Positions 1-12,552 are shown, counted from the first letter of the stretch. The stretch is DNA of 64,000 bases from Leptonemataceae bacterium (GCA_965227295.1 OZ245742.1:3232001-3296000), one strand, 5' to 3'. Program-made: numbers and translations. Notes: a model not told the origin generated them from the letters alone.

Positions 1-570
1 GAGAATATCAAAGCCGGCAATGTAAAACATGAGACCCGCCGACCACAACACCGGCAAAAGATCGATGCGTTCCAGCATGGCGATCCACACCGCGGACGGC
101 GCAATGCCGATGGCGAGGCCCAGGAAGAAGTGACAGAGAAACGTAAAACGTTTCGTAAACGAGTAACCGAAGACGAAGGCCAGGGCCACCGGGGCGAGTA
201 CGGCGCAGAGCGGATTGATCCAGAAGGCCGCGGCAAAAAAGATCGCCGTGGAAACGAGGACGAAGGCCCGGGCCTGGCCGAGGCCGATTTCCCCGGCGGG
301 GATTTCCCGGCTCGCCGTGCGCGGATTGCGGGCGTCGATGTCCCGGTCCACGATGCGATTGAAGCCCATGGCGGCGCTCCGCAGCGCGGCCATGGCCACC
401 ACGACCTTGCCGAGCATCCACCAGAACTCCGCGTTCGGTGCGCCGCCTGAGATGAGCCGGGTTTCGGGCAGGGCCTGGACGAAGGCGATGCCGGCCATGG
501 GCAGGGCGAAGAGCGTATGCGAGAACTTGATCATACGCAGATACCGGGAAACCGAAGCGAAGACGCCCAT
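1..570 (-). CDS. UbiA-like polyprenyltransferase (MqnP type), 3' end outside window
   Basis: Manual translation from ATG at 570: MGVFASVSRYLRMIKFSHTLFALPMAGIAF...RSAAMGFNRIVDRDIDARNPRTASREIPAG (UbiA motif). Adjacent to mqnA. Not in the ORF track because it runs off the edge. Confidence 0.85.
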   Translation of the reverse strand, partial: MGVFASVSRYLRMIKFSHTLFALPMAGIAFVQALPETRLISGGAPNAEFWWMLGKVVVAMAALRSAAMGFNRIVDRDIDARNPRTASREIPAGEIGLGQARAFVLVSTAIFFAAAFWINPLCAVLAPVALAFVFGYSFTKRFTFLCHFFLGLAIGIAPSAVWIAMLERIDLLPVLWSAGLMFYIAGFDIL

Positions 571-627
571 ACGCCCGACAATCTCCGACGACGGGCTGCT
601 TCGTTCAAGAATATAAACAGTAGAATC

Positions 628-1419
628 TTACAGAAGGCCGCACGTATCGAGACGTTCTTGAAAGCGGGCGAGGCCGCGCAGATCGCCCTCACTCACACGG
701 TAATGTAAGATCTGTGTAAGATAGCGCCGCGCGTCCGGATAGCTGGCGGCGGCGACGATGTCGTCGATGGACGTTTCGCCGGCCTGGAGGGACGCTTCGA
801 AGACCGAGTCCTCGACGGGCGCGGAGAGCGGATAGGCCCAGAGGGCAAAGATGAACGGCAGGCCCTCGCTCTCGTACCACAGCCGCGCCAGATCGTACAC
901 CTCGAAGCGTTCCCGGTCCTCGGCCGGGCGGTCGAGGAAGGCCAGGGCCCCGTCCCCGATCAAGAGACCGCCGTGGTTCTTGTCCAGGCGGTCGGGAATT
1001 TCGCCCGGGGACAGCGACGTGATTTCGGGTAGCGTGCCGTTCCGGGCGTGATACAATACCTGGAGCAGGGCCACGGACGTCCGGGAGCCCACATCCGCGA
1101 GCACGCCGGAGACCGGGCGCAGGGGCGGAGCCGGCTCCCCTTTTTTATAGGAACTCTTACATTGCAAATACAGAATGGAATCGGCCTCGGTCCGGGTGCA
1201 GACGCCCACGCTCCGGCAGAACGAAAAACGTTCCCGGTTGCGCAGGCACTCCACGGAGCTGATCAGGGCCGCGTCGAGTTCGCCGGCGCCGAGCATGGCA
1301 TACAGTCGGGACGGGATTTCTTCGATACATTCTACGGACGCCGGAGTTCCCGGGGCGCCGGTGCGAAAGCCGTGGTCCAACGGGCGGGCGTTGAGATATC
1401 GAACCAGGCCGATGCGCAT
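628..1419 (-). CDS. mqnA: Chorismate dehydratase MqnA (futalosine pathway)
   Basis: MRIGLVRYLNARPL, SRTSVALL, LLIGDGAL, DLARLWYESEGLPFIFALWA motifs. Start placed at ATG 1419. Confidence 0.85.
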   Translation of the reverse strand: MRIGLVRYLNARPLDHGFRTGAPGTPASVECIEEIPSRLYAMLGAGELDAALISSVECLRNRERFSFCRSVGVCTRTEADSILYLQCKSSYKKGEPAPPLRPVSGVLADVGSRTSVALLQVLYHARNGTLPEITSLSPGEIPDRLDKNHGGLLIGDGALAFLDRPAEDRERFEVYDLARLWYESEGLPFIFALWAYPLSAPVEDSVFEASLQAGETSIDDIVAAASYPDARRYLTQILHYRVSEGDLRGLARFQERLDTCGLL

Positions 1420-1496
1420 GCCGTCCACTTTCCCGGGGCCGGGCGAGCAGGCGAGCACTTCGGTGGACGGCACTCGTCCAATCATGGAGAAAGAGT

Positions 1497-2267
1497 ATGA
1501 TGAACCGCCAGGGACAGATCATCGCCGTCGCTGCCGTCCTGGCCCTGCTGCCGGCCGGCCCGATCGTGCGATCCGAGCCGGGCGAGACCGTGCGTCGAGA
1601 AGCGCTTCCGTTGCGTTTCGGCTGGGGACGAACCTACGAGGATCTGCGCCACATCCTGTCCGGCGGCAATAATGTCCTGGAGGACAGCCCTGGAGAACTC
1701 ATTCGTCTGCGGGCCGGGGACGGCTGGGAGGTCCGCTATCGTTTTTACCGCGACGAAAAGATAGGTGACATAGTTCTCACCGAACGGGAGACGGAAGCGG
1801 GAAAACGAGCGGTGCTGAAAGAGCTCGTCCTGGAACCGGACGGCCCGCCGGGGGATGCCGTGTTGTTCGCCGCCGTGATCCTGCTGCCGGGGATTCCGCT
1901 GGATCCACCCCGGGGCGCGGAGGACGCGGAGAACGCCCTGTTGCAGAAGTTGACGGAACTCTACGGAACGCCCGCCCGCTCGGAGCAGCCCCGGGGCGTG
2001 CGCAAGAATTTTGCCGGTCAGGCCATGCCGGATGAAGGCAAGCCGGGGCCCGCGTCGGCATATCTGGAGATGGAGCGGGACGACACCCTGGTGCGGGTCT
2101 ACTACCGCATCCAGGGGGAGCGGCGCTACGCCGTACGTCTGAGCTTTGCGTCGATCCGGCTGAGCCGGGAACGCAACCGGGCTATCGAAAAACTCCGCCG
2201 GGAAGCCGACCGGGCCATCCGCCGGAAGATTGACGCGGCGAACCGCCGGCTACAGCGTGCGAAATAA
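1497..2267 (+). CDS. Hypothetical exported protein
   Basis: 256-aa ORF with signal-peptide-like N-terminus and upstream GGAGAAAGAG; first of a tightly spaced plus-strand run. Confidence 0.65.
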   Translation: MMNRQGQIIAVAAVLALLPAGPIVRSEPGETVRREALPLRFGWGRTYEDLRHILSGGNNVLEDSPGELIRLRAGDGWEVRYRFYRDEKIGDIVLTERETEAGKRAVLKELVLEPDGPPGDAVLFAAVILLPGIPLDPPRGAEDAENALLQKLTELYGTPARSEQPRGVRKNFAGQAMPDEGKPGPASAYLEMERDDTLVRVYYRIQGERRYAVRLSFASIRLSRERNRAIEKLRREADRAIRRKIDAANRRLQRAK

Positions 2268-2278
2268 CAACAGATCCC

Positions 2279-3070
2279 ATGTCGGAACCGCAACACAGAG
2301 AACGCCGTTTTACCAGCGGTCGCTTTGAGTATCGCCTGGAGGTCTACGGAGACGCCCGCCTGTTCGATCGCGGCTCCGCGGACGACGATGCCGGCAGTCC
2401 CACGGCAAGCGTCCTCCTGTATCCTGCCCGGGAGGATCGGAGCATGCGTCTGGCCCTGGCCAGTATCGGCCCGGATCCCCGGCGCTCCTCCGGCGAGGAC
2501 CGGCCGTTGAGTACCACCGATCTGTACGAAGCCCTGGAGCAGCCGGACGATTCCATGCAACACAATGTGGCCGCGGCCGGTGCCTCGGCCTACGGTCACA
2601 AGACTCAACTGCAAATCGGAGTCATCGAGGTGTCCGCCGGTTCCGAGGGGGACAGCGACGATGACGGGGAAGACGAGATGCTCACGCGCATCATGCCCAA
2701 GCGTTTCCACGCCGCACTAGAACAGGAACGCGAACGCCAGGGCCGGCTCACCCACATTCAGATTTGCACGGGCGGGCTGCCGCCGCTGATTCACATCTAC
2801 GACGGCGGAGACGGCATGGTCTTTCCCGTACGTTCCTGGGTCCCGGCCGGCCTTTTTCCGGACTGGCAGCCGTTGTGCCAGAACATTGACTGCGAGGCCG
2901 GGGACCGCCTCATCCTGCACACCGAGTATCCCGTGGACCGTCCGCACGGTCTGCGGGAGTTTCACGACAGCCTGCGCGCGGGTAAGCCGAAGTGGGACGA
3001 CTTCACGCCGGGCAGCGGGATGCACTGCATCGTCCTGCATGTCGATGGCCTTGCGGAGGACAGGGGGTGA
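2279..3070 (+). CDS. Hypothetical protein with degenerate SpoIIE/PP2C-like C-terminal region
   Basis: ICTGGLPPLIHI...GLFPDW...EAGDRLILHTE resembles SpoIIE AGHPPP...GLF...GD.LLLYTDG. Confidence 0.55.
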   Translation: MSEPQHRERRFTSGRFEYRLEVYGDARLFDRGSADDDAGSPTASVLLYPAREDRSMRLALASIGPDPRRSSGEDRPLSTTDLYEALEQPDDSMQHNVAAAGASAYGHKTQLQIGVIEVSAGSEGDSDDDGEDEMLTRIMPKRFHAALEQERERQGRLTHIQICTGGLPPLIHIYDGGDGMVFPVRSWVPAGLFPDWQPLCQNIDCEAGDRLILHTEYPVDRPHGLREFHDSLRAGKPKWDDFTPGSGMHCIVLHVDGLAEDRG

Positions 3071-3708
3071 TCTACCGGCAACCGGTCGGAAGGATCGCCG
3101 CCGCCCTGGTGTTGGCGGCCAGCTTCAGCGCCTGCCTCGAAATCGAAGTTGCGGCTCCGTTGCTCCAGCGCGTGGATGCCGTGCCCGATCCCGGCCCGGC
3201 GGCGCCGCGGGCGGAGATCCGCATTGTCGGGGACAACGTCGATGACTCTGCCTGGGTGAAGGCACTGACCATCTCACGATTCTTTTACAGCAGCGTGGAG
3301 AATCAGAGCGGCTCTCTGCGGGAACTGCTGCAACCCGCGCTCCGCGAAGTGCTGCGGCAGAAGGGCTTTCGCGCGCCGCTCCTCGAACAGGGCGGGGCCG
3401 GTGAATACGTCCTCCAGGTCGACGTCGAACGGGCTATTTTGTTGTGGCTTCCGCCCCGGGAGTTCATTCAAACGCCGAAGCCGCGAGCCCGGGGGGAAGT
3501 CCGGGTGGACTTCCTCTTTCGCGCGGTGTTGTTGGACGCGGACGGTCGGGTGCGCTACGAGCACGAGTTCGCCGATGAGCGTTCGGTGACGGTACTGCCG
3601 GGTCAGGAGGGGCCGTCCCTGGCGAAGGCGGCAGAGCAAAGTCTGGCCGGTTTTGTCCAGGCCTTGCTGGTGGAACTGCCACGGCTGGCCGCGCTCAGGA
3701 ATGGATGA
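3067..3708 (+). CDS. Putative lipoprotein
   Basis: GTG start overlapping the upstream TGA (GTGA); signal IAAALVLAASFSAC with lipobox-like Cys. Confidence 0.6.
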   Translation: MIYRQPVGRIAAALVLAASFSACLEIEVAAPLLQRVDAVPDPGPAAPRAEIRIVGDNVDDSAWVKALTISRFFYSSVENQSGSLRELLQPALREVLRQKGFRAPLLEQGGAGEYVLQVDVERAILLWLPPREFIQTPKPRARGEVRVDFLFRAVLLDADGRVRYEHEFADERSVTVLPGQEGPSLAKAAEQSLAGFVQALLVELPRLAALRNG

Positions 3709-3714
3709 CATGAT

Positions 3715-4095
3715 ATGATGGTATACGTCTCGTTACTATGTTCCGTGGTGCTCGGTGCCTTCGGGCAGATTTTCATGAAAGAGGCCATGCGGGCGGTGGG
3801 CCCGTTTCCCGGTTTCACCACGGTGCCAGATCTGCTTTTTTTCTACGTGAAGGCCGTGGTGAGTCTGCCGATGTTCGCGGCAGTGGGATGTTACGGCCTG
3901 AGTTTCGTACTCTGGCTGGGGGTGCTTTCCCACGCGGATCTGAGCTTTGCGCGGCCGTTCGTGTCGCTGGGCTACGTCATCGTGATCATTTACGGATTTT
4001 ATACCGGAGAAAACATGACCGGAGAGCGTCTCCTGGGCATTGCTCTCATAATCGGCGGCCTTTTTTTCGTTGCCAGGAGCGCGGCGGGCACCTGA
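3715..4095 (+). CDS. Small EamA/SMR-like (ArnE/F-like) membrane protein
   Basis: Four hydrophobic segments; GQIFMK, WLGVLSHADLSFARPFVSLGYV motifs. Confidence 0.8.
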   Translation: MMVYVSLLCSVVLGAFGQIFMKEAMRAVGPFPGFTTVPDLLFFYVKAVVSLPMFAAVGCYGLSFVLWLGVLSHADLSFARPFVSLGYVIVIIYGFYTGENMTGERLLGIALIIGGLFFVARSAAGT

Positions 4096-4124
4096 GGTCG
4101 GTGCAGGCTGCCGGGGAGACGAAC

Positions 4125-4355
4125 ATGCGACTAAAATCACACAGCTTGATGCTCGGGTACCGGGAGTTCCAGGCCTGGTTGCGGCGCCAGGACGGCAAGG
4201 TGGTGGTCGTCCTGGAAGAGCTTGGCCCGATCCAGGTGGTCGACTACATTAAGAACGGATTCTCCGTGAAAGAGGCCACGGAGGAAGAGATGCATGCGCT
4301 CGTGAAGGCCGGCTACGAAAGTTCCCGGCTCCTGCTGCGAAACTATAAATTGTGA
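4125..4355 (+). CDS. Small hypothetical protein (76 aa)
   Basis: ATG at 4125 preceded by GGGGAG; MRLKSHSLMLGYREFQAWL...; protein-like composition. Confidence 0.6.
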   Translation: MRLKSHSLMLGYREFQAWLRRQDGKVVVVLEELGPIQVVDYIKNGFSVKEATEEEMHALVKAGYESSRLLLRNYKL

Positions 4356-4383
4356 AGGCGGGCCGGTGCGCGGCCCGGCCGTC

Positions 4384-4725
4384 TTACTTCTCGTCTTTCA
4401 GCTTTTGCAGACCGGTCATGAGCGTCTTCGCGGTCGGTTGTAACTTTTTCGGCAATGTGTTGTACATGATGGCAACTTCCATGGCTTCGTTGGAGAGTTT
4501 GCCGGACGCCTGCTTAATGAAGATGGGCGTTTTCCCCGTCATGATCCATTCGGCGCTGATTCCGTAGCAGGCCTGAATTGCCAGGGCCACCACTTTGCGA
4601 ATTTTGTGGTGACCGGTAAAGTACATGGCGACCGATGAAAGGGAGATACCCAACGTGCTGCTCAACTCCTGACGCGACACGTTGATTTTTTTCATGATCT
4701 TTTCGGTGCGCTGTTCTGGCGTCAT
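4384..4725 (-). CDS. XRE-family helix-turn-helix transcriptional regulator
   Basis: SRQELSSTLGISLSSVAMYFTG HTH and ISAEWIMTGK motif. Confidence 0.75.
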   Translation of the reverse strand: MTPEQRTEKIMKKINVSRQELSSTLGISLSSVAMYFTGHHKIRKVVALAIQACYGISAEWIMTGKTPIFIKQASGKLSNEAMEVAIMYNTLPKKLQPTAKTLMTGLQKLKDEK

Positions 4726-5003
4726 ACGATTTCCTTCTTAAGTTCCTGAGTTATATTATGCCGGGGCGGGTGTACCGTTTCACCACCGGTGCGATGCGAG
4801 GTACGCGAAAGTCAATTAATGATGAACCACATAAATTAACGCAAATATTCGCGCAATAATATATCCCCAGATCTCTACGAATGAGAAAAAAAATCTCAAT
4901 TCTTTAAACTTTCTGCATCGGCGGCTTCGGAGCGAACTCTCTTACGCACTTCTAATCTTAACAAAATATTAGTGACACAAGAAAGAGAGTTCTTATGTTT
5001 TCT

Positions 5004-7679
<2,676 letters not shown>

Positions 7680-7829
7680 CTATGCAGGTTCCTTGGGTCG
7701 TGATTCTGTTAGGATCGTTGTGTGAACGATCTTGTTCATTAAGATAGTAAGACATTCACGAAAATGTAGTTTCGAGCCCAGAGTTGGCGATTCGCTCCGG
7801 TTTTCAAGAATTATACGACCAGGTCGACC

Positions 7830-8063
7830 TCACTCCCGGGCAATTTCCACGATCTTACGCCGGCCGCCGGTGCCGTAGACGATGTGGATGTAACTCCGGG
7901 GAACGCCGTAATGCCGGGCGAGGGCCTGGATGACGGCGGCATTGGCTTTGCCTTCCCGCGCCGGCTCGCGCACGCGGACGATCAGGGTTGCACCGCTTTC
8001 CCCGGCGGGGATTTCGATACCCGGCCGTTTGCTGCCGGGCTTTACCAGAATTTCGATTCGCAT
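7830..8063 (-). CDS. DUF167/YggU family protein
   Basis: VKPGSKR...VREPAREGKANAAVIQALA...G...RRK pattern. Confidence 0.85.
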   Translation of the reverse strand: MRIEILVKPGSKRPGIEIPAGESGATLIVRVREPAREGKANAAVIQALARHYGVPRSYIHIVYGTGGRRKIVEIARE

Positions 8064-8064
8064 G

Positions 8065-8658
8065 TTACTCCCGAGGGGCGACCGTGCGAGCGCTTTCGAT
8101 CAAGAATTCGTGCACGGAATCATCCCCCTGGGGGCCGTCGGTGATCTTGATGCGTCCGGGATAGTGTACCGTGCGGCTCCCATGGAGCTTCGTACGGCCC
8201 TCGTGAAAAAGCGCGCCGCTGTATCCTCTCAGCACTTCGCGATAGGTAAACTCGACGATCTCGGTCTGTCCAGTGTCGGCGGCAATCCATAGGACATATT
8301 GATCGTTGTTTGGATCGGGGGCGCCGCTTGTGCTGCCGGGGGCGGCAAAGACAAGATCGTAGCGCCGGCCGTCGCGAGTGCGTTCGTCCACGTGGGCGAC
8401 AATGTGCGGCGCGGTCCTGTCCTCCAGCATGGCGGCCAGGCGCAGCGGGAGTTCCAGGTAGAGATGAAAGGACTCGAGATAGAGGCTGACCTCGCCGTCG
8501 TCTTCCGCGGGGCGCGGCGCATCGCGTGCGCCGGTATAGCCACGGCCGCGGTCCACGCCGATGATCGTTCCATCCGACGTCTCCGCTTCGATAAATGTGC
8601 TGCGAGTGAATGTTAGTGAAGACACAGCCCCGTTCTCTAATTGCACGCGCAGTCGCCG
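8065..8658 (-). pseudogene. 5'-truncated hypothetical gene interrupted by a repeat element
   Basis: Protein-like C-terminal part (RYDLVF...DQYVLWI...VEFTYRE); the only upstream in-frame start shown in the ORF track (8817) lies inside the 8658-9075 repeat. Confidence 0.5.
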
Positions 8659-9075
8659 GATTAACACTTTTGTGGGTACAGCTGGTTCCAGCTGACGCGC
8701 GGAGGTTATGCCGGGGAACGTGGTAAGGCGGACCGGAACGGCGTGTTCTTCGTAAGAAACGCTGCGATATCCGAACCGCACAACCAGCGTCCGGGTCGAA
8801 CGCCGTGTTCTTAACAAAACGAATCACCACAACTCCCGCTAAGCTGTAGCCAAAAAAACACTCCGCCATTTTGCAACTTACTTTCTGTGTCTCACGGTAA
8901 ACGTCGCGAGACAGCCGTTTTATTCGTTCGGGCACGGCCCGAACCGTGGCGCAAGTTGAGGCCAGAGTAAAGTAATCCTTTTTTGGGTACAACTGGTTCC
9001 AGTTGACGAGCGGAGGTCATGCCGGGGAACGGGGTACGGCGGACCGGAACGGCGTCTTCGCCGTACGAAACGCTA
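8658..9075 (-). repeat. Inverted copy (about 1.3 units) of the long modular repeat family
   Basis: Reverse complement matches the 22930-24332 units; anchor GAAGACGCCGTTCCGGT at 9043-9059 and a variant at 8732-8748 (311 bp apart). Confidence 0.9.
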
Positions 9076-9119
9076 CGACGTTGGCGGTGCCTGTTTTGCG
9101 GGGCGGGTGTGCCTTCGTC

Positions 9120-10136
9120 TCAGGCCGCCGTGATGCCGATCTTTTTTTCGAACTCGGGATTTTCGCAAACGTACTGCGCCGCGTCGACCTGACGGTGATG
9201 ATCAAACAAGAACGTGGTGAGTTTGCCGGCAAAGCGACCGTTGTACTTCGCTTCCACGAACTTCAACCAGGCCATGACGTCCATGAGCTCGTGGCAGATG
9301 AACTCATAGTTCGTGCCGTTCGCGTCGAATTTGCTGCGGGGGTTGTAGAGCTTTTGCGCGTCGGCGAAGAGAATGTTGCGCGTGGTGACCGGATAAAACC
9401 AGCGCGCGATGCCCAGGCGGGCCAGCCAGTAAATGCGCCGGGTATCGTTGCGGAAGGACGTCGTGCGTGCGTCGCAAATGTAAGCGAAGAACTCCGGCGT
9501 AATCTCCGCGATGATGCGCTGATTGCCGACGCTTTCGCCGGGATAGCTGACCTGGTGATCCATGAGGAAACGTCGTTCGCCGTCGTCGGGTTCGAGGACG
9601 AAGTAGCCGCCGTTTTCGAAGATACCGGCGAAGGGGCGTTTGACCGTGAAGAACTTCGGCTTGCCCGTGGGGCGCAGCAGCGGTTTCGCCGCGTCCAGAA
9701 ACGGGCGGTTGCAATGATCGTACGTCGGAAAACTCGGCAGCGAAACCTCGAAGTCCGCTTCGATGCCCAGGGCGAGCAGGAAGGCGAGGACGTGTTCGAT
9801 GATCTTAATTTCCCCTAATTGAATGTTATGGGCGCCCTTGCGCGCGTGCTCCGTTTTGAGCGGGAGCATTTCCCCGTTGTAACGAAAGCCCGGATGATTG
9901 CCGAGGAGTTGCTGCTCTTCCGCGGACCGGCTGCTCCAGGGAGACACGCGAATCGTCATGGGTTTGTTTTCGAAACTGGCCATGCCGTCCACGGTAAACG
10001 GCGAGGCCAGGGTATACGTGCGATCGCGATCGAGGTTCGGTGTGGGGTCACGAAAAAACTCCGGCGGTTGCAGCGGATTCTTGTGACGTTCCGCCTGGAG
10101 GGTGCTCAGTTCTTTGCTTCGTGTTTCAATGCGCAC
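9120..10136 (-). CDS. Divergent LpxC-like zinc deacetylase
   Basis: IIEHVLAFL (LpxC TVEHL), ICDARTT (APARTF), EFICHELMD (EFVRHKxLD), FDHH (GH). Confidence 0.65.
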   Translation of the reverse strand: MRIETRSKELSTLQAERHKNPLQPPEFFRDPTPNLDRDRTYTLASPFTVDGMASFENKPMTIRVSPWSSRSAEEQQLLGNHPGFRYNGEMLPLKTEHARKGAHNIQLGEIKIIEHVLAFLLALGIEADFEVSLPSFPTYDHCNRPFLDAAKPLLRPTGKPKFFTVKRPFAGIFENGGYFVLEPDDGERRFLMDHQVSYPGESVGNQRIIAEITPEFFAYICDARTTSFRNDTRRIYWLARLGIARWFYPVTTRNILFADAQKLYNPRSKFDANGTNYEFICHELMDVMAWLKFVEAKYNGRFAGKLTTFLFDHHRQVDAAQYVCENPEFEKKIGITAA

Positions 10137-10139
10137 GGT

Positions 10140-11672
10140 TCAGTCCTTCGGGCGGCGTTGCTTCATCCAGTCCGGCAGCGGCGCGCTCTTCGCGTCCGGT
10201 CTCGGAGCGCTCTTCTTCGGTGCGGTTTTTTTCGTGCGTTTCGTGGTGCTCTTTTTCGCGGTACCGCCGGAGGATTTGGTTGTATGCTTCGGCTTCGGAG
10301 CCGCTTTTACCGGCTGCGCGGGTTTCGCGGGTGGCGGATCTTGTGGTTGTTGCGCACCGCCCTTGTTGCCGGCGGTCGGTTCGAACAGAAAGCTCATGAC
10401 GCCGCTCTTGATTTTATCGAAGGCGTTGTCCTCGCCTTCCGCCGGTGTCTTCGCCGGGCCGTCCTGATTTGTGCCGCTGCGAGAACTTTCGACTTCTTCA
10501 AAGAAAAAGTCGATGATGCCCTTCTGAAAGTTCTCCGCCACCGTGCTGGCGGCACCCCAACTGCCCTCGGGTTCCGGACGTTGGTGCGCGGCCGCGGCGG
10601 GCTCTGCTGCGTCGACTTCTTCCTCGTATTCTTCGTCTTCGACGAGGACGTCCTCCTGGCTCTCGTACTCCTGGACCTCATCCTCGGAGAGAGCGACCAC
10701 CTTCGAGATGATCGAAGTGTACTGTGAGTCGGCGTCGGTTTCTTCGGTGATGCGCAGCCAGCCCATGATGTCGGAGTCGCCGGCGATCTTTGCCACGGCG
10801 TTGATGCGCAGCGGGTCTTTTATGGCGCAGGCCTCGGCGAGCAGATTGGCGAGAGCCTTAATGTGCGCTGTGCGAGACTTAAGATGCTTCTTGATGATTT
10901 CGGACTGCTGCGGGTTCTCGTGATCGGCCTTTTTCAAAACGAGGCGCCGGTCGTCGTGATGTTGATCCCATACTTCGGGCTCGATGATCGCGAGCTGGAA
11001 AAGAATCGTGAGCAGCGCAAAATCGTCCAGCGTGGGGCCGAAGTTCGACTGCGTGCGCGCGGGATGCTGGTAGTCCGCCAGGCCGATCTCGGTGGCGTTC
11101 TTGCCTTCCAGGGCGGGAACGAACATGCCGTCGTAGTCGATGAGCGTGATGCGGTTGTCGTCCTGGACGAGGATGTTGCCTTCCTGCAGGTCGCCGTGGG
11201 CCATGTTCCACTGTTGCAGCGTGCGTACGACCGAGAAGATGTTGCCCGCAAACTCGGGCGCGCTCTGCATAATGCCGTCGTCCGCCAGGTCGCTGCTGAT
11301 GGCGCGATCGAGTCCGAGGCCGCGGCCCCATTCCATGACGACGGCGGGATAGTGGCTTTTGCCGACCTTGATCCCGTCCTCGACGTACTGAAAGTCCACC
11401 AGGAACGGAAACTTCGTAATCGCCAGGGTGTCGTGCAGCAGACGATAGCGTTCCGCACGACCGGGTACGTCCCGGGTGAATACCTTGAGTGCGAACTGGC
11501 GATCGTGGGCGTCCTTGAAACGAAAGACCGCTCCGAAACCGCCCACGGACATGAACGGCGCGCCACGGCGGTTGAGGAAGATCTTCATCGTCTGAGATTG
11601 AAAGAACGGGATCTGAAGATTCGCGGCGTCCATCATGGACGCCATGTAGGCACGCAGGGGAGGGTATTCCAT
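10140..11672 (-). CDS. Ser/Thr protein kinase with long acidic and Lys/Pro-rich C-terminal tail
   Basis: GGFGAVF, ALKVF, HGDLQEGNILV, LIDYDGM, YQHP. Confidence 0.9.
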   Translation of the reverse strand: MEYPPLRAYMASMMDAANLQIPFFQSQTMKIFLNRRGAPFMSVGGFGAVFRFKDAHDRQFALKVFTRDVPGRAERYRLLHDTLAITKFPFLVDFQYVEDGIKVGKSHYPAVVMEWGRGLGLDRAISSDLADDGIMQSAPEFAGNIFSVVRTLQQWNMAHGDLQEGNILVQDDNRITLIDYDGMFVPALEGKNATEIGLADYQHPARTQSNFGPTLDDFALLTILFQLAIIEPEVWDQHHDDRRLVLKKADHENPQQSEIIKKHLKSRTAHIKALANLLAEACAIKDPLRINAVAKIAGDSDIMGWLRITEETDADSQYTSIISKVVALSEDEVQEYESQEDVLVEDEEYEEEVDAAEPAAAAHQRPEPEGSWGAASTVAENFQKGIIDFFFEEVESSRSGTNQDGPAKTPAEGEDNAFDKIKSGVMSFLFEPTAGNKGGAQQPQDPPPAKPAQPVKAAPKPKHTTKSSGGTAKKSTTKRTKKTAPKKSAPRPDAKSAPLPDWMKQRRPKD

Positions 11673-11698
11673 AAAGCTATTCCATTTTATATTAGCGA

Positions 11699-12535
11699 TT
11701 ATGACGAGTTCGGCGAATTGCCTTCCGTATTTGGAGTTGCGTCCGGGCCCGCGGGCACGGACGGCTTAAGCGGCGGCTCCGGAAAATGCAGGTCCGGCCG
11801 ATCGGTAAGACAGCAGAGGGTGACGTCGTCGTTCTTCATGCCGCGATTTTCGCGCAGGTCCCGGACAATCGTGCGAAAGTCCTCGGGGCTATGGGTGCGC
11901 AGAATGCGACGTATGAGATTGGCCGCTTCGCCCGCCGGAAGTTTGTAGAGGTACTCGCCCAGGGCATCGGAGACGAAGGCCAACAGATTCGAAGGCGAGG
12001 TGAGATGCACGTCCCGGGCGATCGTGTAGGGGCTGCCTTCCTGGAGACGCGCGTTGGAGCGGAGCATCTCCGGCGTGTTGCCGAAACCTTCCCGGGCGGA
12101 CGGCGGAAAGATGTAGTCCACCTCACCGGAACGATCGAAGACGAACAACGAGACGTCGCCCACGGCGTAGAGATTCAGACGCATGCGACCGAACCACCAG
12201 GTGGGCCGCTCGATGACGGCGGCCAGGACCGTTGCGTAACTTCCCTCCATGAGAAACTTACGCAACGCCGTGGGCCGGGAGATCTCCGGTTGAAAGGTTT
12301 CGCGCAGGGATTGCAGGCCGCTCTCGAAGTCCTCCGGTGACGTCAGCCAGGCCGAGTCGAAGCCGCGGGTGATGTGATCCGACCACTCCTTCGAGAAGAC
12401 ACCAGTGGACGCGCCGTCGGAGAGCGTGAGCATGAGCGCGCCGGTGTGGATTTTCTTAACGTAGACCGAGTCTTCGTTACGGTCCTCTTCCACGCCGGCC
12501 TTGGCGGTTTCGAATGTACGATATGCGAGGGGCAT
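11699..12535 (-). CDS. PP2C-type protein phosphatase
   Basis: NEDS, LSDGAST, VGDV, VSDAL, KNDDVT metal-binding motifs. Confidence 0.85.
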   Translation of the reverse strand: MPLAYRTFETAKAGVEEDRNEDSVYVKKIHTGALMLTLSDGASTGVFSKEWSDHITRGFDSAWLTSPEDFESGLQSLRETFQPEISRPTALRKFLMEGSYATVLAAVIERPTWWFGRMRLNLYAVGDVSLFVFDRSGEVDYIFPPSAREGFGNTPEMLRSNARLQEGSPYTIARDVHLTSPSNLLAFVSDALGEYLYKLPAGEAANLIRRILRTHSPEDFRTIVRDLRENRGMKNDDVTLCCLTDRPDLHFPEPPLKPSVPAGPDATPNTEGNSPNSS

Positions 12536-12552
12536 GTTTCTTTCCTTTTTTT

